A DNA stretch of 10,170 bases from Bdellovibrionota bacterium. Lineage in GTDB: Bacteria; Bdellovibrionota_C; UBA2361; JBIKWN01. Below the pieces are notes generated by a model that searched no databases, was not told the DNA's origin, and saw only the letters and a list, made by a program, of their open reading frames with translations. The stretch is taken from the NCBI GenBank assembly GCA_044356295.1, contig JBIKWN010000079.1, forward strand, positions 1 to 10,170. Direction: 5' to 3'. Each line of letters opens with the position of its first letter. The first letter of the stretch is position 1. Below, piece after piece: positions 6,230 through 10,170 of the stretch. The position numbers and the translations under genes are program-made.

Positions 6230-7300
6230 ATGATGTTTTCCGAGGGTTCCGAGTTTTTTCCTGATAATAATCCAAATCCCCTAAGCAGACTGCTTCCACC
6301 ATCCTTGCTTCTTTCTCAAGTCTTGTCGCCTTTTATGCTTGCTGTTCAGGGGAATTATCTCGATCAACTGTATACCCCACGTCTAACTTCGATTGAGGAT
6401 ACTGCTCGATATATTTCTCATTTAGTTCCAAGATTACCAAGAGGAGTTATGGCATCAGCTCCTCTGGAACTTAACAGAGCAGACGATATTATAAGAGTTT
6501 TACAATTCAAATCTGATAAGGTCGGAGACTGCGAAACTGCTTACTTACCTTCAATTCATGATTTCTTACTGCCAAGGCAAAACCAATATTCTAGCAATCA
6601 ACTTCCATTTGAAGAATCGCATAGTGAATCAGCAATAATCCTTCGCGGGCGTTCTGGTCGGCCTGCATCAATGAGTTTACTTATTCCAGAGGATCAGTGT
6701 TATCCACTTAAAAAAAGAGTAGCCCAAGTAATTGAACAAACGGGTATATGGCAAGCAGCCAATGCGGTTTTGCCTACATACTTAGAAACTCCACCTTCAG
6801 CACTTCTAGGATTGATGTTGTGGCAGTCACATATTTTAAATTCTTCTCAAAGCAATAAAATTTTTTCTCCAATTGCAATTAAGAAAGCTCAAATCAGGGG
6901 TGAATCTTTTACTTTAGAAGCTGTTGTTCACGATCTAGACGAACCCGTAATTCGAAGTAAATCAAAATCACTTCAGAATGTAGTCATATCCGGAGAAATT
7001 GGCATCTCTGATGCTGGTTTTTCATACGATGGTAAAAAGTATGTTTGTATAGAGGCATTACGTAGTGACTGTTTTTTTAAAGATCCTTTCCAACTTGCCA
7101 TACCAGATGGTGCTTTAAGTGATGTAGTCCGTTCAAGATTTACCCAAGTGTATCTAAATTTCCTTCTTTTCCCCCTTAATGTTTCATTTCAAAGAGATTC
7201 TGATGAGGTCGCTAAATTAATAAATCCCCTCCTTGCCGAAACGAATGAAAGAATACAAAAAGAAAAAGGTTTAGAAGCGCCAGATTGGTTTGATCTTTAA
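6230..7300 (+). CDS. Hypothetical protein, 356 aa
   Basis: Long ORF filling the gap between trmFO (divergent, 47 bp) and mtnA (convergent, 18 bp). No family motif recognised. Confidence 0.85.
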   Translation: MMFSEGSEFFPDNNPNPLSRLLPPSLLLSQVLSPFMLAVQGNYLDQLYTPRLTSIEDTARYISHLVPRLPRGVMASAPLELNRADDIIRVLQFKSDKVGDCETAYLPSIHDFLLPRQNQYSSNQLPFEESHSESAIILRGRSGRPASMSLLIPEDQCYPLKKRVAQVIEQTGIWQAANAVLPTYLETPPSALLGLMLWQSHILNSSQSNKIFSPIAIKKAQIRGESFTLEAVVHDLDEPVIRSKSKSLQNVVISGEIGISDAGFSYDGKKYVCIEALRSDCFFKDPFQLAIPDGALSDVVRSRFTQVYLNFLLFPLNVSFQRDSDEVAKLINPLLAETNERIQKEKGLEAPDWFDL

Positions 7301-7318
7301 GAAAGAGTAGTAACTATC

Positions 7319-8350
7319 TTAAAAGATAAACGGTGGCTGCTTGATTCCTTTTTCAGTGATAAATCCAGAGATAAAAGATCCAGGAGTAACATCAAAAGCA
7401 GGATTCCAAACTGATGTACCTTCAGGTGCAATCTGAATACCTTGAATCTTTAATATTTCGTCTGCTGATCGCTCTTCGATCTCAATTAAACTTCCATCAG
7501 CTGTTTTTGTATCAATCGTAGATATCGGAGCTGCAACATAAAAAGGAACACTGTGCTCTTTTGCAGCAATACTTAAATTATAAGTCCCAATTTTATTTGC
7601 AGTATCACCATTTACACACACTCTGTCACAACCAACAATGCAAAGATCTATTTTTCGCTGTCTCATTAAAAAACCAGATGCACTATCAATGATCACGGTA
7701 TGGGGGACTCCAAAACTTTTCATTTCAAATGCAGAAAGACTAGCTCCTTGCATTCTTGGACGAGTCTCATCCAGATACACATGAATTTTTTTCCCTTGCT
7801 CATGGGCATAGCGAATCACGCCAAGGGCAGTACCATAATCAGCAGTAGCGAGGCTACCAGTATTACAATGATGAATAATTGAAGCGCCGTCGGGAATAAG
7901 TTCAAATCCATAACGAGCGATACTAAGGTTTGTTTCTACGTCGTCTTGAAAAATCTGATTTGCTGCTAAGACTAGATGCTCTATGAGATCAGTAACTGAA
8001 GAATTCTGTACTCTATCTGAACAGTCAGCGATCGTATTATTCATTTTATCAAGCGCCCAAAATAAATTTACCGCTGTTGGGCGACTACGTCTGAGTAGAT
8101 CGGATGCTTTTTTCGCGCCTTCTAAAGCAGATGAAACTGTATCCTTATTTTCTATAGCACCAATTACTACTCCGTAGGCAGCAGCAATACCAATTGCTGG
8201 AGCACCGCGTACAGTCATATCAACAATTGCGTCAAATACTTCATTCACGGAACTACACATTTTGTAGTTAACTTCATGTGGCAATTTTTTTTGATCGAGA
8301 AGGACTAAGGAATCACTTTTCCATTCGATGCTTCTGAAAGGTCGAACCAT
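7319..8350 (-). CDS. mtnA: S-methyl-5-thioribose-1-phosphate isomerase
   Basis: LLDQKKLP, VRGAPAIG, RPTAVNLFWA, HCNTGSLAT..YGTALG, DETRP..QGA, DRV..NGDTANKIGTY, IEER and NPAFDVTP. Abuts mtnK (TAA-ATG). Confidence 0.96.
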   Translation of the reverse strand: MVRPFRSIEWKSDSLVLLDQKKLPHEVNYKMCSSVNEVFDAIVDMTVRGAPAIGIAAAYGVVIGAIENKDTVSSALEGAKKASDLLRRSRPTAVNLFWALDKMNNTIADCSDRVQNSSVTDLIEHLVLAANQIFQDDVETNLSIARYGFELIPDGASIIHHCNTGSLATADYGTALGVIRYAHEQGKKIHVYLDETRPRMQGASLSAFEMKSFGVPHTVIIDSASGFLMRQRKIDLCIVGCDRVCVNGDTANKIGTYNLSIAAKEHSVPFYVAAPISTIDTKTADGSLIEIEERSADEILKIQGIQIAPEGTSVWNPAFDVTPGSFISGFITEKGIKQPPFIF

Positions 8351-9553
8351 TTATTGTAGCTCCATCAGTGACAAAGCTTTTTCTACTGAACAGAAATCAT
8401 CATGTAATAATTGCTGAGCCATACTAAGTATTTGTGCTGAAACAGTAGCAAGTATCTTTTCATCTTTAATTTCATCAAGTTCAAGCACATGTGCCATTCC
8501 GATCGTTCGACGGATCATTTCACAACCCATGTGCCGTATTGCGCTTTGCTCTAAAGAAGCAAGAAAATCGTTGATGAATATTGCACTTTGCCACTCTGGT
8601 TTTGCTTTTTCTGAGAGTAGCAACCTAAGCTCTGAGGTACAGTGCTTCCACAACAATTCTGCAGCATTTTTTAAGAACTTTTGATACTTTTTCTTGGATT
8701 CGTCTGATTCTGTATGAGCAATCTGTGCGAAGTATCCAATTGCAATATTTGCTAAAAGCATTCCAGCATCAAATCCAAACGGACCATAAAATCCAAATTC
8801 AGGATCCATCACTTTAGAATCTTGGTCATTCACCATGATTGATCCAGTATGAAGATCGCCGTGTACTAAACAATCATTTCTCGTCATAAAATCGAGCCGA
8901 CAACGAGCTACGTTTTTTTGAAGTTGTGCGTCACTATAGATAGCATCAACTTGTTTTTGGATTGCTGCAGGAAAACGATTAGTATCATGCTTTCCAAATG
9001 GAAATGTATAGACAAGGTCTTCAGTAACTTTACACAGTACTGGGTTAATAAATTGAGGAATCTGCTCTTTTTTCTTTGCAGAATCTAAAAAAAGATCACT
9101 CGTATAAAAAAGAGTCCTCGCAAGAAATTTTCCAACCTGTTCACTAAAATTTGGGTACTCAGTTTGTGTAACAATACCCTCTCTCATAATTTTGTATGAG
9201 CGAAGGTCTTCCATAATATTTACATACATTTTCGAATCAAAGAAAAATACGGTTGGTACTCTGCCAGGATCCGCGATTGCTTGCTGCTTCAGTATATCAA
9301 CTTCAATACGCGCGCGTTCGAGAGGCATTTTAAATTCTGGATAACGTCTTGCAAATGGCAGGGCTTGTTTCAAGATTATCGATTTTTGTGGATTATTTTT
9401 TACCTGAATTCGGAAAACAAGGTTTACATTTCCATCTGCTAAATCAAAACAGACAAGCTCCTCATCCTTTGAGAAGAATTGTGTACGAATAGAGTGACTG
9501 TTAATATAATCAAGCGCTGTGGTCGTATCGAGTGCAAAAAAATCTTGTGCCAT
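8351..9553 (-). CDS. mtnK: S-methyl-5-thioribose kinase
   Basis: DGNVNLVF, KQALP, NPVLCKVTEDLVYT.P, HGDLHTGSIMV, DPEFGFYGPFGFD and EMIRRTIG.AHV. The likely start is ATG at 9553 (MAQDFF) rather than GTG at 9574. Confidence 0.95.
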   Translation of the reverse strand: MAQDFFALDTTTALDYINSHSIRTQFFSKDEELVCFDLADGNVNLVFRIQVKNNPQKSIILKQALPFARRYPEFKMPLERARIEVDILKQQAIADPGRVPTVFFFDSKMYVNIMEDLRSYKIMREGIVTQTEYPNFSEQVGKFLARTLFYTSDLFLDSAKKKEQIPQFINPVLCKVTEDLVYTFPFGKHDTNRFPAAIQKQVDAIYSDAQLQKNVARCRLDFMTRNDCLVHGDLHTGSIMVNDQDSKVMDPEFGFYGPFGFDAGMLLANIAIGYFAQIAHTESDESKKKYQKFLKNAAELLWKHCTSELRLLLSEKAKPEWQSAIFINDFLASLEQSAIRHMGCEMIRRTIGMAHVLELDEIKDEKILATVSAQILSMAQQLLHDDFCSVEKALSLMELQ

Positions 9554-9561
9554 AATTCTTA

Positions 9562-9589
9562 AGTGTAAAGTCACTTTTAATTAAGTCAA
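9562..9589 (-). promoter_or_regulatory. Putative sigma70 promoter for mtnKA
   Basis: Minus strand TTGACT (9589-9584)-N16-TACACT (9567-9562), ending 8 nt before the mtnK ATG. Confidence 0.5.
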
Positions 9590-9604
9590 ATGAACGAGCC
9601 CATA

Positions 9605-10170
9605 ATGAACTATTTTGAAGAGCGTCAACAACTTACTGAAGTAATTAGGTATTTAGCTGCACGTGGGTGGAGCCCAGGAACCGGTGGAAATTTCAGTACT
9701 GTTATCAAAGCAGAACCACTGACGCTTCTTATGTCGCCGAGCGGTATTGATAAAAGTGTTATTGAATCGAACGACCTAATTCTTGTCGATAAACATGGCG
9801 CAATAATTCAGTCAAATAAAGAAAATGCTAAAACCTCTGCTGAAACGCTTATACATATTTTTCTCTGTAAACATCTTGGAGCTCGCGCTGTGCTGCACAC
9901 CCACTCAACGTGGAATACAATTCTTTCGAGAAAATTTTGCAATCAAACAGTAACCCTTGAAGGATTCGAAATGCTCAAAGCCCTCGGAGCAACAACGCAT
10001 GATACATCCATAAAAGTTCCTGTCTTTGAAAACGATCAAGACATGGAACGCTTCACCGCAATGCTTGAAAAAAATCTTTCCAAATTAAAATCGCAACCTG
10101 GATTTCTCATGGCGGGACATGGGTTGTATGCGTGGGGGGATTCCCTTTCTGCTGCAAAGCGGCATATTGA
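9605..10170 (+). CDS. mtnB: Methylthioribulose-1-phosphate dehydratase, 3'-truncated by the window edge
   Basis: Not in the ORF track. Manual translation gives MNYFEERQQLTEVIRYLAARGWSPGTGGNFS, MSPSGIDK, SAETLIH, AVLHTHS, GFEMLKAL, VPVFENDQD, AGHGLYAWG and AKRHI. An alternative in-frame ATG lies at 9590. Adjacent to mtnK/mtnA. Confidence 0.94.
   Translation, partial: MNYFEERQQLTEVIRYLAARGWSPGTGGNFSTVIKAEPLTLLMSPSGIDKSVIESNDLILVDKHGAIIQSNKENAKTSAETLIHIFLCKHLGARAVLHTHSTWNTILSRKFCNQTVTLEGFEMLKALGATTHDTSIKVPVFENDQDMERFTAMLEKNLSKLKSQPGFLMAGHGLYAWGDSLSAAKRHI

Noticed and set aside
7700..8177. Plus-strand ORFs 7700-7882 and 7983-8177
   Set aside because: Antisense shadows of mtnA.
9554..9574. GTG start of mtnK at 9574 as given in the ORF track
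   Set aside because: The extension overlaps the predicted -10 element, so ATG at 9553 is more plausible.

Overview
Low-GC bacterial chromosomal window made up mostly of housekeeping genes. From left to right: 5' part of glmS (-, truncated by the window edge); tRNA-Arg(TCG) (+), preceded 100 bp upstream by a duplicate of its own 5' end; thyA-folA (-), with the folA stop codon inside the antisense of the tRNA acceptor stem; two translationally coupled orphan ORFs (-); a 194-bp non-autonomous IS-like element (MITE) with 21-bp terminal inverted repeats, a perfect 10-bp target duplication and an internal hairpin built of 9-bp repeats; trmFO plus a GT2 glycosyltransferase (-); a 356-aa orphan (+); and the methionine-salvage genes mtnK-mtnA (-) divergent from mtnB (+, truncated). 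The most unusual signals are non-coding (the MITE, the tRNA-leader duplication, the folA/tRNA overlap), along with three proteins I cannot assign. No clearly new multi-gene system can be established from the sequence alone.
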